Assembly (NCBI GenBank): GCA_963674695.2
Contig: CAXXGI010000003.1
Span: forward strand, 160,001-224,000
Direction of reading: 5' to 3'
DNA: 64,000 nucleotides
DNA from: a bacterium
GTDB lineage: Bacteria; UBA10199; 2-02-FULL-44-16; JAAZCA01
Positions within the stretch are counted from its first letter, which is position 1; each line of letters begins with the position of its first letter. Below the pieces are notes generated by a model. The model saw nothing but the letters and a program-made list of their open reading frames with translations, was not told the DNA's origin and ran no database searches. Below, piece by piece: positions 48,293 to 61,551 of this stretch. The translations under genes were made by a program, and so were the position numbers.

Positions 48293-51200
48293 ATGGGTCA
48301 TGATGTCGACATCAAGCCGGGCATCCGTGCAGGCGTCACCGATGACGCCATCGCCTACGAGCGCGCTGACATCGCGGCCGGTCAAGAGCCTTGCCTCGCT
48401 GAACTTCTCGACGGAGATGGCGATGGTCTCCTCACGCGCGATGAATATGAGCATTCGCGAGAGAGACTGGCCGAATATGATGTGGTCGACGCAGGCTTCG
48501 GTTCCTTCCTCAGGTTTGCCGAGATCAGCCGGAGTGCGCCCGCTAAGGCGCGCGAAGCCGGCGTGGATCATATGGTCAAGCCGCGTGAGACCAATGCCAC
48601 GACCTCAGATGCATTGCGCACGAAGGCCTATGAGCACGCTCGCACGCTCATCGGTATGGCGAAGGAGACCGATTCCTACGTGCAAGCGCAGAAAATTCTG
48701 GGCGATGCGGGGATGCTCTTGTCGCAGCTCGGGTTTGTGCGTGAGGTGAAACGCGTTCATAAGATGATCGTCGCGCGTGCACGTTCCGAAGGTCGAGAGC
48801 AGGATGTCGCCTACTTCGAAGCGCTCGATGCGATGGGCCGCAATGATGTGGCCTCAGTCGAGGCGCGTTTGTCGGATATTCCTCAAGGATATGCCGGTCG
48901 CGAAGTCCTGGACGAGTATACATCCACACATCGTCGCCTTGAGCGAATATCGCTCACATTCGATGCATCCGCAGCCTTGGCCAACGCGCATATCGCAAGG
49001 ATGGAGGAGGTCGAAGAGTCATTTCTCGGAAGTACTTTCGGGGTGAATCGTGAGGAGTACAAGGATGCTCTTCGCGAGGTGCTCGATGCTTGGCGAGAAC
49101 GTCTGATCTCCGGGCGCTTTGAGAGTACGCGAATGATTTTGGAGGATATCTGGGAGAATGAGCCCGATCTTCGTAGGGGAATATCCATCCTCGCCGGATT
49201 CGACGGAGCCGATGCAGTCGATAATTTTGATACGCTCGACGATGCGATCTCTCGGGGGCAGTGTTTCGAGTCATTAACGCTTTCCGATCTCCTGAACGCC
49301 GAAGAAAACCCGGATGCAAATCAACTCACAGATAATATCACGCTCGCCTGCACGAATGATGGCGCGAAAGGAAAGCGAGAGGCGGCCGCCGTGGCGGGCA
49401 TCTACGAACAGCATGAAACCTTTCGAGATGCGATGAGTGATCTCATAGACCGCGAGTTCGAAAATCGCGGAATGTTCGTCACCCTGCGCGATTCGCTTCA
49501 GGGGTTCACGCAGCCAGTGAATGTCGCGATCATGATAGGCGGTTTTGGACTCGCGCGCATTACGACCGCAGCGCTCATGTCTCGTATTGCCCCCGTCGGC
49601 GTTGAGGGGTTGTCAATCGCCGCGCGCGTTGGGGTTCAAGGTGCAGAATCCGTGATCGAGGCGGGCGGCTTTACCGTCTATTCGCGCATGTTGACGTCGC
49701 TTCTCACCACGCAGCCGGTCGATTGGAGTGGGCAGGCCATCGCAAAGGAATGGGCGACGCTCGCACTCTCCTTTGGCTTCCTTCGTGCCACACACGCTCC
49801 ACTCACCACGTTGCGTCAAACACTGGGGAAGACGAAGCGCTTTGGTCTGCCAACAAAGGCGCCCGTGCGTGCCGGGGGCGTGAACATGCCTGCGCTCACA
49901 CGCGGCGGTGAGGCGATCTATAAGGTGATCGAGAATCTCACGCATACCACGGCATTCTATTCAGGCGGCGTTGTCGGTCATCGTGCAGGTTTTCGTGACG
50001 TTCCGCCGCACTATTTCGAAGAGTGGCTCACCCTCCTGCAGTTTCAGATGGCGGTGCGCGGTGCCAATATGGCGACGAAGGGCTGGGTGGATCGAAAGGC
50101 GTGGGAGATTCGTTCCAAGCCGGCGCTGGATGCATCGCGCACAATTGCCGAGGCGATCGTGCGAGGACAGCGCGGTGTTGAGGATCCGAACGCCCTCATC
50201 GATATGCTCACACAGGAGATCTACCTCTCGCACGTGCGCGGCGATCTCTCTGCGCGCGATCTCATCGATGGCGCTCGTGATGTTGCCCGTGACGCAGATG
50301 GGTTTCAGTCTCAGGTCCCTTCGCCGGTTATGGAAGGTGCTGGGGATGGACGTTCGGCTGTTTCGAACGAAGTTGTTTCGGAAAACATCCTGCACATGGA
50401 CGGCCGGTCGCGAGAGGGGTCGCGTGATGGCGCATCGTTGAAAGATCGCGTGAAGGCGTTGGAGGGGGCGCGTGATGCACGCAGCCTGGATTCGGCGCGT
50501 ATCACCAGCGAGCTCGTCGACGAAATCGTCGCTTCGCGCGATGTCGATCTCATACGGCGGTTTTACCATCTCTTGCTCGACATTCCGGGGTCGGAGTCGA
50601 TCCCGCGTTGGAGACGGTTGTTCACGAAGCTCCTCGACGCGCGCCGTGCAGTGCACGCCGAGTACAAGGGAGCGGACGTGGATGCAGCTGTGTCCCTTCG
50701 CCGGATGGAATATGATCTCGGTCTGTTCAGCAATGCGGTTCGCACTGAGCACAACATTCGCGTGCTGAGAAGCGATGCCGTGAGCGATGCAAACAAGACG
50801 AACGCCATCTACCAGAACGAGATGTATACGAATGTTTGGATGGATCCGGCCACGGGGCTCGTGGAACCGCCGAGGCCTGATTCGAACCTCGCGTTCTATC
50901 TCGACATACAGAACGGTGCGGTAACCCGCGTCGCTTCCTCCTCGAGCCGAATTCCTTTGCGATGGATCACTGGATACGAAGGAATGGTACTCTTCAAGGG
51001 ATTGGATAAGCGTGACGATGGTGCGTATCAGCCGAAGGCCAAGGCGGTTCGCACGCCACAGGCCAAGGGTGATGATGCTGGAAAAACAAGCAAATTGCCC
51101 GGTTGGGAAAAAAGGCCCAGCACTGTTTGTGAGCGGGCTTCGAAGATGGAGAAGGATGGAGATGTCGAAGGGGCGGTCGCGGTTTACACGGGGAGAATTG

Positions 51201-52993
51201 GGGAACTCCAGGCCAATGTGAATGCCGTCGTTGATTCGGGCGGCATCTTTATCGAGAAGTCGATGCGCGATCTGGCGTCCCTGGAATCGAGTTTTGCTGA
51301 GCTTCTTGAACGCCACGGCCGAACGGAGGAGGCGGCGAGTCACTATGAACAGGCATCCGAGGCATACAAGCACGCCAACCTCAAGCGGGGAGAGGCATAT
51401 ATTGGCCATGCGGTTGCGCGGAAGGCTCACGATCTCTATCGCAAGGCTGCCGAGGAGGCCGCAGAAACAGGTGCGTTGATGCGTGCGGCCTCTTGCTTCG
51501 AACGGGCGGGTGACAATGTGACCACCGAGAACCTCGGGCCGCTCGGTTCGGACTGGCGTCCGGAACGGGAGCGCATGCTCCTCTACGGCAAGGCGGCTCG
51601 TCTCTACATGCATGCCACATCTCAGAAGGACCCTCGCTATGTCGCGGTTGTTGGAAAGCTGCGCGAGGTTCCAAATCTCGTTGAACGGATGAGGCCGGAC
51701 TATGCCGCTGAACTGCGTGTCTTTGCGGACGAGGTTGTCGCGCGGATTGAGGCGGAGGCCCCTGCAGAACCGAAGGCGATCGAAGGGCCAAATGCCAGTC
51801 GTGAGATGAGCCGTGAAGAACTCATCAAGTGTGTCGGGGAGATGGATCTCACGACCCTCCCCGGCGGGATCTACGAGCTGTTCCAGCAGAACAAGGTTGC
51901 GGGCGGTGCGATGATGGATGTGGCGATCCTCTTTGTCCAGGGGCGCATGCAGGAAGCGGAGGCGCGCGCTGCCGAGATCATCGGTCGCATCCGCGCCGAC
52001 GAGTTGGAGTTGGCCAGCAAGGTGGAAGCTGGCGAGGAACGCGAAGGCTACTACACGGGGCGCGATGTTGAGAAATCCAGTGTCATCACGGGGTCGACGG
52101 CCTTTGGCCCGATCGACGTCAATGTGCGACAGGCCATCGCGGACAAGCGCGCGCGCGGGGATTCTGGTCCGGTGCGTATTCTCACTATCGGTGCGGGGCA
52201 GGGGATGATGGAAGCGGAGCTCAAAGCGGAGTTCGGCGATGCGATCACGATCGATACCGTCGGGTTGCATCCGGTGGCGGATGAAAATCGCGCAGCGTTC
52301 GCGTCGGAAACAATCGGTGGCATTGAGGATGTCCCTCTCTCCGGGACCTATGATCGCATCCTCTCCATCTACGGCAGCTATCATGCTCCGGATGAGAAGC
52401 AGATAGAGGTCATGCAGAAGATTGTCGACGCGCTCGATGTGAACGGCGAGGCATTTTTTATGACACACATTTTCATTCCTCAGCCGGCAAAGGGGATCAG
52501 CGATCTGTATTCCGCGGTGCGAAACGCGTTCGCCGATCGCGGGATCATTCTTTCCGGAAATGCAGACGTCGCAAAGCGGTTTATTTATATGCGACGCACG
52601 CGTGCAGAATCCTTCGATCTCGCCGAGGTGGCGGCGGAGGGGGTCGCTGTGATGAAAGCCCACTGGTATGGAAAGGATAAGCCTGATTCAGATGTCAGTC
52701 ACGTGCCCAGCATTCGAATCGGCCGTGATGATGCGCCGAAAATATATACGGATGAATCGAAGCTCGTGGCCGATCTCCATGCGGATGGATCGGAATTCAT
52801 GCGCGCCGTTGAAGCGCATCTCGATGTGCGCCTGCAAGAAGGGGGTGTCATCATTTACCATGAGTTGCGGCTGGCATTCCTGAGGAACGTGATGCACGAC
52901 ATGATCGACTATGGCATGAGCTTCGACGAAGCCTTCGACGTTGAGGTGCGTCAATATCATCGCAGTGGCAATGTCTCGTCTGTAAAGCCGTAG
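48293..52993 (+). CDS. Giant multidomain protein: EF-hand-like loop, helical repeats, hydrophobic region, C-terminal class I SAM methyltransferase
   Basis: DGDGDGLLTRDE; TPR/SNAP-like segments (AASHYEQASEAY, AASCFERAG); ILTIGAGQG...YDRILS...LDVNG; no signal peptide. Confidence 0.8.
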   Translation: MGHDVDIKPGIRAGVTDDAIAYERADIAAGQEPCLAELLDGDGDGLLTRDEYEHSRERLAEYDVVDAGFGSFLRFAEISRSAPAKAREAGVDHMVKPRETNATTSDALRTKAYEHARTLIGMAKETDSYVQAQKILGDAGMLLSQLGFVREVKRVHKMIVARARSEGREQDVAYFEALDAMGRNDVASVEARLSDIPQGYAGREVLDEYTSTHRRLERISLTFDASAALANAHIARMEEVEESFLGSTFGVNREEYKDALREVLDAWRERLISGRFESTRMILEDIWENEPDLRRGISILAGFDGADAVDNFDTLDDAISRGQCFESLTLSDLLNAEENPDANQLTDNITLACTNDGAKGKREAAAVAGIYEQHETFRDAMSDLIDREFENRGMFVTLRDSLQGFTQPVNVAIMIGGFGLARITTAALMSRIAPVGVEGLSIAARVGVQGAESVIEAGGFTVYSRMLTSLLTTQPVDWSGQAIAKEWATLALSFGFLRATHAPLTTLRQTLGKTKRFGLPTKAPVRAGGVNMPALTRGGEAIYKVIENLTHTTAFYSGGVVGHRAGFRDVPPHYFEEWLTLLQFQMAVRGANMATKGWVDRKAWEIRSKPALDASRTIAEAIVRGQRGVEDPNALIDMLTQEIYLSHVRGDLSARDLIDGARDVARDADGFQSQVPSPVMEGAGDGRSAVSNEVVSENILHMDGRSREGSRDGASLKDRVKALEGARDARSLDSARITSELVDEIVASRDVDLIRRFYHLLLDIPGSESIPRWRRLFTKLLDARRAVHAEYKGADVDAAVSLRRMEYDLGLFSNAVRTEHNIRVLRSDAVSDANKTNAIYQNEMYTNVWMDPATGLVEPPRPDSNLAFYLDIQNGAVTRVASSSSRIPLRWITGYEGMVLFKGLDKRDDGAYQPKAKAVRTPQAKGDDAGKTSKLPGWEKRPSTVCERASKMEKDGDVEGAVAVYTGRIGELQANVNAVVDSGGIFIEKSMRDLASLESSFAELLERHGRTEEAASHYEQASEAYKHANLKRGEAYIGHAVARKAHDLYRKAAEEAAETGALMRAASCFERAGDNVTTENLGPLGSDWRPERERMLLYGKAARLYMHATSQKDPRYVAVVGKLREVPNLVERMRPDYAAELRVFADEVVARIEAEAPAEPKAIEGPNASREMSREELIKCVGEMDLTTLPGGIYELFQQNKVAGGAMMDVAILFVQGRMQEAEARAAEIIGRIRADELELASKVEAGEEREGYYTGRDVEKSSVITGSTAFGPIDVNVRQAIADKRARGDSGPVRILTIGAGQGMMEAELKAEFGDAITIDTVGLHPVADENRAAFASETIGGIEDVPLSGTYDRILSIYGSYHAPDEKQIEVMQKIVDALDVNGEAFFMTHIFIPQPAKGISDLYSAVRNAFADRGIILSGNADVAKRFIYMRRTRAESFDLAEVAAEGVAVMKAHWYGKDKPDSDVSHVPSIRIGRDDAPKIYTDESKLVADLHADGSEFMRAVEAHLDVRLQEGGVIIYHELRLAFLRNVMHDMIDYGMSFDEAFDVEVRQYHRSGNVSSVKP

Positions 52994-53034
52994 GCCGATT
53001 CCCCATCTTTCCTTTCCTTTTCAATAACTTTCGG

Positions 53035-53063
53035 TTGCATCCCCCCGTCCCCTTGGCTATAGT
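53035..53063 (+). promoter_or_regulatory. Putative sigma70 promoter of the pur operon
   Basis: TTGCAT-N17-TATAGT. Confidence 0.5.
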
Positions 53064-53179
53064 GCCCGCGCCTTGAACGGTTTCGCAATAAGCAAATAAA
53101 TACAACTAGTTACGCTATTTTTCCTGGGTTCGCCCAGGGACGATCTCACGAGTCACGAGTCACGAGTTACGGGGTTTCC

Positions 53180-54478
53180 ATGATTCCACGCTATACCCGA
53201 GAAGAGATGAGTACCCTCTGGACCGACGAGGCCCGGTTCGATCGTTGGCTCGCGGTGGAGGTCGCTGTCTGCGAAGCTTGGGCTCGCCGGGGTGCAATTC
53301 CGGAAGAGGCGCTGGCTACCATCAAATCGAAGGCCGATTTCGATATCGAGCGCATCCACACCATCGAGGCCGAGGTTCACCACGACGTCATCGCCTTTCT
53401 CACGGCGGTGGCCGAAAAGGTGGGGCCCGACTCGCGTTTCATCCACATGGGGATGACTTCATCCGATTTGCTCGACACCTCCTTTGCCCTGCAGTTGCGC
53501 GACGCGGGTGCCCTCATCGCCAAAGGCGTGGAAAAGCTTGCCGAGGCGATTCGCGTGCGTGCATTCGAGCACAAAAATACGGTGATGATCGGCCGCAGCC
53601 ATGGCATCCATGCCGAGCCGATCACATTCGGGCTCAAGTGTGCCGTCTGGTATCAGGAGTTTGCACGCCATGCGGCACGTTTGGATGTCGCCATCGAAGA
53701 TATTGCGGTCGGAAAGATCTCCGGTGCGGTCGGTACCTTTGCGCACATCGATCCGGCCATCGAAGACGAAGTCTGTCGGGAAATCGGGCTCACGCCTGCG
53801 TTGGTCTCGACGCAGATCGTCCAGCGCGATCGGCACGCGCATTTTTTCTGCGTGCTCGCCGGCATCGCGGCCTCGATGGAGAAGATCGCTGTTGAAATTC
53901 GTCACCTGCAGCGCACCGAGGTGGGCGAGGCGGCCGAGGCCTTCGGCAAGAAGCAGAAGGGCTCGAGCGCTATGCCGCACAAGCGCAACCCGATCCTCTG
54001 CGAGAACATCACGGGGTTGGCGAGGCTCGTGCGCACGAATGCGATGGCCGCACTCGAGAACGTGGCGCTCTGGCACGAGCGCGACATTTCGCACTCGTCG
54101 GTCGAACGCGTGATCGCACCGGATTCCACCTGTCTCGTCGACTTTATGCTCGCGCGTCTGGCTCGCGTCATCAAGGGGCTCGATGTTTTTCCCGAGCGGA
54201 TGCAGAAAAACCTGGATGCGAGCTTTGGCATTTACAATTCGCAGGAAGTCATGCTCGCGCTCGTGCGCAGCGGCATGACGCGCGAAGAGGCCTATGCGCT
54301 CGTGCAGGCATCGGCGATGCGGGCGTGGAAGGAACAAACGCCCTTTTACGATCTCATCGCGAAGGAGTCGGCGATCACCGAGCGCATCTCGGATGAGGAA
54401 CTCAAGGCCATCTTCGATGTCGGCGCGCACACGAAACACGTCGATGCGATTTTCGAACGGGTGTTTGGGGACTCGTGA
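53180..54478 (+). CDS. purB: Adenylosuccinate lyase
   Basis: [21 protein letters not shown] and [11 protein letters not shown] motifs. Confidence 0.97.
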   Translation: MIPRYTREEMSTLWTDEARFDRWLAVEVAVCEAWARRGAIPEEALATIKSKADFDIERIHTIEAEVHHDVIAFLTAVAEKVGPDSRFIHMGMTSSDLLDTSFALQLRDAGALIAKGVEKLAEAIRVRAFEHKNTVMIGRSHGIHAEPITFGLKCAVWYQEFARHAARLDVAIEDIAVGKISGAVGTFAHIDPAIEDEVCREIGLTPALVSTQIVQRDRHAHFFCVLAGIAASMEKIAVEIRHLQRTEVGEAAEAFGKKQKGSSAMPHKRNPILCENITGLARLVRTNAMAALENVALWHERDISHSSVERVIAPDSTCLVDFMLARLARVIKGLDVFPERMQKNLDASFGIYNSQEVMLALVRSGMTREEAYALVQASAMRAWKEQTPFYDLIAKESAITERISDEELKAIFDVGAHTKHVDAIFERVFGDS

Positions 54479-54650
54479 GATGGTGAGATGGCAAATTGGT
54501 GAGATGGCTATAAATGGTAAGATGGCTAAATAGTGAGATGGCTAGATCGCTTTATGGCAAGAAGATAGCTTTAGCTGTCTAGTGATTTAGCTATCTCACC
54601 ATCAAGCGATTTCACGATTAAGCTATCTCACCATTTAGCGATCTCACTAT
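54474..54650. repeat. Inverted array of degenerate 8-mers (GAGATGG / CTATCTCA)
   Basis: Same family as 3263-3379, between purB and purS. Confidence 0.8.
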
Positions 54651-54676
54651 CTTACAAGAAACGAAAGGACTGAACC

Positions 54677-54916
54677 ATGCAAGCAAAAGTCTATGTGACG
54701 TTGAAGAAGGGCGTGCACGATCCGCAGGGTGCCGCTGTCGCGCGCACGTTGGGCACGATGGGGCACAAGGAGGTGAAGGGCGTGCGCGTCGGAAAATACA
54801 TCGAAGTGGAACTCATCGATATGGGTCAGGCTGAAGCGCAGGAGAAACTCACCACTGTCTGTGAGAAGCTCCTGGCCAACACCGTGATCGAGAGCTATCG
54901 CATCGAACTGCCCTGA
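54677..54916 (+). CDS. purS: Phosphoribosylformylglycinamidine synthase subunit PurS
   Basis: DPQG, VRVGK and LLANTVIESY motifs. Confidence 0.95.
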   Translation: MQAKVYVTLKKGVHDPQGAAVARTLGTMGHKEVKGVRVGKYIEVELIDMGQAEAQEKLTTVCEKLLANTVIESYRIELP

Positions 54917-55018
54917 TTCGTTGTCTCGTGAATCGTGAGATCGTGGTCTCGTTTTGAGCGTTCTTACGAGCCCACGAGTTTACGAGACCACGAGACCACG
55001 AGACTACGAGACTACGAG
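54917..55018. repeat. Inverted 8-mer array (GGTCTCGT / ACGAGACC)
   Basis: tcgttgtctcgtgaatcgtgagatcgtggtctcgt faces acgagaccacgagaccacgagactacgagactacgag. Confidence 0.8.
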
Positions 55019-55025
55019 GTTTGTG

Positions 55026-55718
55026 ATGAAATTTGGAATTATCGTTTTTCCAGCGAGCAACTGCGACCACGATTGTCATCACGTCTGCACCGAGGTGATG
55101 GGGCATCAGGCGGAGTTTCTCTGGCACAAACAGACCGATCTGGGGAACGCCGACTGTCTCATCCTTCCCGGCGGGTTCTCCTATGGGGATTATCTGCGCT
55201 CGGGAGCGATGGCGGCCTGTTCGCCCATCATGGATTCTGTTCGGAAATTTGCTGACGACGGAGGTCTTGTTATCGGTATCTGCAACGGTTTTCAAATTCT
55301 GCAGGAGGCGGGGCTCTTGCCCGGCGGACTCATGCGGAACAACTCCCTCGAATTCATCTGCCGCGATGTCTTCGTGCGCGTCGAGCGAAACGACACGCCG
55401 TTCACGCGAACCTGTCGCGCGGGCGAGGTGCTGCGCATCCCGATCGCGCACATGGACGGCAACTTCTTCATCGACCGAAAGGCGTTGGATAAACTCGAGA
55501 GCCGCGGGCAGATCCTTTTCCGCTACTGCGATGCGAGCGGAGATGTGGGTGATGATTCCAACCCCAACGGTTCGGTCGGTGCGGTCGCCGGTGTGACCAA
55601 TGAAAGGGGAAATGTCATGGGGCTCATGCCGCATCCTGAGCGCTGTAGCGAGTCGATCCTGGGAAATCGGGATGGGCGCAAGCTCTTCGAATCGATTGTG
55701 GGGACAGTGACACGTTAG
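55026..55718 (+). CDS. purQ: Phosphoribosylformylglycinamidine synthase subunit PurQ
   Basis: PGGFSYGDYLR, GICNGFQIL, NPNGS and MPHPER motifs. Confidence 0.96.
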   Translation: MKFGIIVFPASNCDHDCHHVCTEVMGHQAEFLWHKQTDLGNADCLILPGGFSYGDYLRSGAMAACSPIMDSVRKFADDGGLVIGICNGFQILQEAGLLPGGLMRNNSLEFICRDVFVRVERNDTPFTRTCRAGEVLRIPIAHMDGNFFIDRKALDKLESRGQILFRYCDASGDVGDDSNPNGSVGAVAGVTNERGNVMGLMPHPERCSESILGNRDGRKLFESIVGTVTR

Positions 55719-55750
55719 TTGCTGTCCAAAGAATGATTTTTTCCGAATGT

Positions 55751-55821
55751 TGTCATTCCCGCGGAGGCGGGAATCTCGATGTTTCAAGTCAATCGGGATC
55801 CCCGTTTTCACGGGGATGACA
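55751..55821. repeat. REP-like hairpin doublet
   Basis: TGTCATTCCCGCGGAGGCGGGAATCTCG...GGATCCCCGTTTTCACGGGGATGACA. Confidence 0.85.
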
Positions 55822-55844
55822 CACCATAGGCAAGGGAGCTTGTG

Positions 55845-58124
<2,280 letters not shown>

Positions 58125-58261
58125 AGGGCGATTGATTCCTTCGGAATCGAAGGCGAAGGGTGAGGGGTGAAAGGGTTTTTGTTCTTTCGCCTCAGCGAGC
58201 ATGAGCTCGCGGACGTCCATCGCCCAAGCGAATGAAATGAGCGGTCGTCTATCGAGGTTTT

Positions 58262-59656
58262 ATGTGCGGCATTATCGGCATTCACCATCACCCTGAGGCG
58301 GCGAATTTCGCCTATCTGGGCCTGTATGCGCAGCAGCATCGCGGGCAGGAGAGCTGCGGCATCGTGACCTCGGACGAGGGTCGCTTTCATCTGCACAAAT
58401 CGATGGGACTCGTCTCCGACGTCTTCAGTCGCGATGTGCTCGCGCGGCTGCCCGGCATGAGCGCCATCGGCCAGGTACGCTATTCCACCTCCGGCAGTTC
58501 CATCATCGAAAACGCGCAACCCTTCGTGGTGAATGCGAAACACGCATGGTCGGGTCTGGCGCACAACGGCAATCTGACCAACGCGGTCGTGCTGCGCCAT
58601 CAGCTCGAGGACGAAGGCGCCATCTTTCAGTCGACGATGGACTCCGAAGTCATCATGCATCTGTTTGCCCGGGAGCGCGAAGGCACGCTCGTAGAACGCC
58701 TGGCGGCAGCTCTGCGCCAGGTGGAGGGGGCCTATTCGCTCGTCTTCCTGACCGAGGGGAAACTCATCGCTGCGCGCGATCCGCGCGGGTGGCGTCCGCT
58801 CGTCATCGGGGAACACGACGGCGGGTTTTTCGTCGCCAACGAGACCAGCGCGTTCGATCTGATCGGCGCGACGTTTCTGCGTTCCGTCGAGCCCGGCGAG
58901 ATCCTGCTCTTCGAGGAAGGGCGTATGCAGTCGTATCCCGATCTGCTGGAAGCGAAGGCTGCCCCCAAGAAGGCGCACTGCATCTTCGAGTACATCTACT
59001 TCGCGCGCCCCGACAGCCATGTCTTCGATCGCGACGTCTACCCGATCCGCAAGGGGTTCGGCAGGCAGCTCGCCATCGAACACGCGGTTGCGGCCGATGT
59101 GGTCATCCCGGTTCCCGACTCGGGCGTGCCGGCGGCCATAGGCTTCTCGCAGGAGTCAGGCATCCCCTTCGAGATGGGGCTCATCCGCAACCACTATATC
59201 GGGCGCACCTTCATCGAGCCGTCGAACGAAATCCGTCACTTCGGCGTGAAGATCAAACTCAATCCCGTGCGCGAGGTGGTGCAAGGCAAGCGTGTGGTCG
59301 TCGTGGACGACTCGATCGTGCGCGGCACGACCTCGATGAAGATCGTCAAGATGCTGCGCCAGGCCGGCGCGGCCCAGGTGCACGTGCGCATCTCCAGCCC
59401 GCCCACCTGTTGGCCCTGCTTCTACGGCATCGACACGCCTACCCGCAAGGAGCTCATCGCCGCGCATCAATCGGTCGAAGAGATCCGCCAGTACATCACC
59501 GCCGATTCGCTCGGCTATCTCTCGCAGGACGGCCTCTACTGGTTCGAGAAGAAGGACCCGCGCGAGTGGTACTGCGACGCCTGCTTCACCGGCAACTACC
59601 CCATCGACGTCGCCGACGCCCCCGAAGTCATGAACGAATCCCACTGCTGTAAGTAA
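58262..59656 (+). CDS. purF: Amidophosphoribosyltransferase
   Basis: [37 protein letters not shown] and CDACF motifs. Confidence 0.97.
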   Translation: MCGIIGIHHHPEAANFAYLGLYAQQHRGQESCGIVTSDEGRFHLHKSMGLVSDVFSRDVLARLPGMSAIGQVRYSTSGSSIIENAQPFVVNAKHAWSGLAHNGNLTNAVVLRHQLEDEGAIFQSTMDSEVIMHLFAREREGTLVERLAAALRQVEGAYSLVFLTEGKLIAARDPRGWRPLVIGEHDGGFFVANETSAFDLIGATFLRSVEPGEILLFEEGRMQSYPDLLEAKAAPKKAHCIFEYIYFARPDSHVFDRDVYPIRKGFGRQLAIEHAVAADVVIPVPDSGVPAAIGFSQESGIPFEMGLIRNHYIGRTFIEPSNEIRHFGVKIKLNPVREVVQGKRVVVVDDSIVRGTTSMKIVKMLRQAGAAQVHVRISSPPTCWPCFYGIDTPTRKELIAAHQSVEEIRQYITADSLGYLSQDGLYWFEKKDPREWYCDACFTGNYPIDVADAPEVMNESHCCK

Positions 59657-59705
59657 CGCCCATTCGCATGCCGCATGAGGAATGAACCGGGCAGACGTTT
59701 TCTTG

Positions 59706-59981
59706 CATCGCGAGCCGGGCCCTTCCCTTCGTCGGAGGGCGTGACATCGTCCGACAATGTGTTTTTTGGGGACCGCCGTCTCGTCTTACACGCCGCCTCG
59801 ACGGCTTTTTCTTCTTTCATCGCAGCATTGTAGGCTTCGATAGCGATGAAAGAAGAGATCCCCTACAAACACCTTCCCGGGCGAGAGCTTCAAGTATATG
59901 TGTTCGGATTTTATGCTTCGGGATACGCTCGTCTCGCAAACGCGCCTTGAGACTCTTCCGGGAAGGGCCCGGCTCGCGATG
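59706..59981 (+). ncRNA. Structured repeat family X, copy 2
   Basis: Terminal stem CATCGCGAGCCGGGCCCTTCCC / GGGAAGGGCCCGGCTCGCGATG; core homologous to about 36697-36810. Confidence 0.55.
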
Positions 59982-60013
59982 TCAGGAGATCTGCTGCAAC
60001 CATCTTCACATTA

Positions 60014-60250
60014 TTCAAGCCGGTGGGGATACCCTGTTGGAGCACCTCGCGGAAGGAGCCGTTTTGACCTGCGAAGAGCCGCCGGTTGAGATCGAAGATC
60101 TCAATTCCGAATGATGTCTGAGCCCGCCAGAATATGATGCGTTTTCCCACCTTCGGCGGGCGAGTTCACGAGGAAAGGCGGATCGAGTCAGATGTCAAAA
60201 CGTGCGACTGGAGCGGAAGTGCTCCAACAGGGTATCCCCACCGGCTTGAA
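60014..60250 (+). ncRNA. Structured repeat family Y, copy 2
   Basis: 32-bp perfect terminal stem; interior homologous to 46877-47111. Confidence 0.6.
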
Positions 60251-60329
60251 CCTCTGTTGACGATGGGAACGGCGGTTGACACCGGGGGCGTTTTCCGCTC
60301 TTGTGTCGCCTTTCGAGAGGAAATCCACT

Positions 60330-61277
60330 ATGACCACACGTGTCCTTATCACCGGTTCAACCGGTTATCTCGGCTCTCGCGTCGTGAAGGCGCTGACCAA
60401 ACGCGAGGGGTGGGAAGTTTATGGCATCGATGTGCGCGAGCCGCGCAATGGGAATGGCTATGCGCGTTTCGTGAAGGGCTCGGTGACCGACGCGCGTCTC
60501 ATGCGCGAGACCTTCGACGAGGTGAAACCCGATATCGTCGTGCACCTGGCCTTCGTGGTGACCTCCACACACGATCGGAAACATGAAGAAGCGGTGGCCA
60601 TCGCGGGGGCGACGAACGTCCTGGCCGGATGCGATCGGGTGGGGGCGAAGAAGGTGGTCTTCCTCTCGAGCGTTGCCGCCTATGGGGCCTTTGACGACAA
60701 CGACACGCCGCTCACGGAAACGTCACGGATTCAGGGCGTGCAAGGGTATGGGTATTCGCGTCTGAAGGCCATCACCGACGGCATGGCGACGCGCTTCATG
60801 GAAGGCCATCCGCAATGCGATTTCGTTCTCCTGCGTCCCTGCCTCTTCATCGGGCCGAACACCAAGAACAATTTCTTCGATGTCCTCAAGTATCCGGTCG
60901 TGCCACAGGTCTTTGACCGCAAAGGTGTGCGCGATCCAGAGTTTCAGTTTATTCACGAGGACGACATGGCCGATTGCGTCGTGGCGGCCATCGACAAGCC
61001 CGTTCGCGGCATCTTCAATATTGCCGGGGAGGGCAAGGCTCCCTTTTCCGCGCTCATCCGCCGATTGGGGAAACGTCGCATCGGTATCCCGAGCTGGATC
61101 CTCTATCCGGCGACCGCGCTGCTCTGGAAGCTGCATCTCGTGACATCCCCTCCCGCACAGCTCAACTTCATCCGCTACCCCTGGGTGATGGACGTGGGCC
61201 GCATGCGCCGCGAACTCTTCACCCCCACCAAATCCACGATCGAAGCGTTCGACGAATATGCCCGCACGCATCGGTGA
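60330..61277 (+). CDS. NAD-dependent epimerase/dehydratase (extended SDR)
   Basis: TGSTGYLG, VVHLA, SSVAAYG, YSRLK (YxxxK) and QFIHEDD motifs. Confidence 0.92.
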   Translation: MTTRVLITGSTGYLGSRVVKALTKREGWEVYGIDVREPRNGNGYARFVKGSVTDARLMRETFDEVKPDIVVHLAFVVTSTHDRKHEEAVAIAGATNVLAGCDRVGAKKVVFLSSVAAYGAFDDNDTPLTETSRIQGVQGYGYSRLKAITDGMATRFMEGHPQCDFVLLRPCLFIGPNTKNNFFDVLKYPVVPQVFDRKGVRDPEFQFIHEDDMADCVVAAIDKPVRGIFNIAGEGKAPFSALIRRLGKRRIGIPSWILYPATALLWKLHLVTSPPAQLNFIRYPWVMDVGRMRRELFTPTKSTIEAFDEYARTHR

Positions 61278-61353
61278 TGGTCGTGAACCGTAAACCGTGA
61301 CCTGTGATCCGGAATGAGCATTTAACCTCCTGTAAAATAACAACAAAAAAGCA

Positions 61354-61381
61354 CGCACCTTTTTGGGGCATCGGCCGATAC
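61354..61381 (+). promoter_or_regulatory. Bipartite promoter-like motif CGCACC-N14-GCCGATAC
   Basis: CGCACC TTTTTGGGGCATCG GCCGATAC, facing the 61552 gene across a REP doublet. Confidence 0.6.
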
Positions 61382-61453
61382 AGCATCGACGGGCGACGCT
61401 GTGCGTCTTGACCCTGACGCGGGGGGTAGGGCAGGAACAGGACAACCCGTGTT

Positions 61454-61528
61454 GTTGTCATCCCCGCGAACGCGGGGATCTCGATGGACCGTGAAAAGCG
61501 AGATTCCCGTTTTCGCGAGAATGACAAC
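61454..61528. repeat. REP-like hairpin doublet
   Basis: GTTGTCATCCCCGCGAACGCGGGGATCTCG...CGAGATTCCCGTTTTCGCGAGAATGACAAC. Confidence 0.85.
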
Positions 61529-61551
61529 CTTGAGATTAACTTCAGGTTCTT

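Noticed and set aside
49961-52663. 900-aa minus-strand ORF
   Set aside because: Fully antisense to the giant protein, no motifs; typical of GC-rich codon bias. The same applies to 54849..56552, 32184..33656, 29036..30328, 25143..26432 and 23546..24811.
41143-52993. Prophage or mobile genomic island
   Set aside because: No phage, integrase or conjugation genes and no flanking att repeats; it reads as resident lineage-specific genes.
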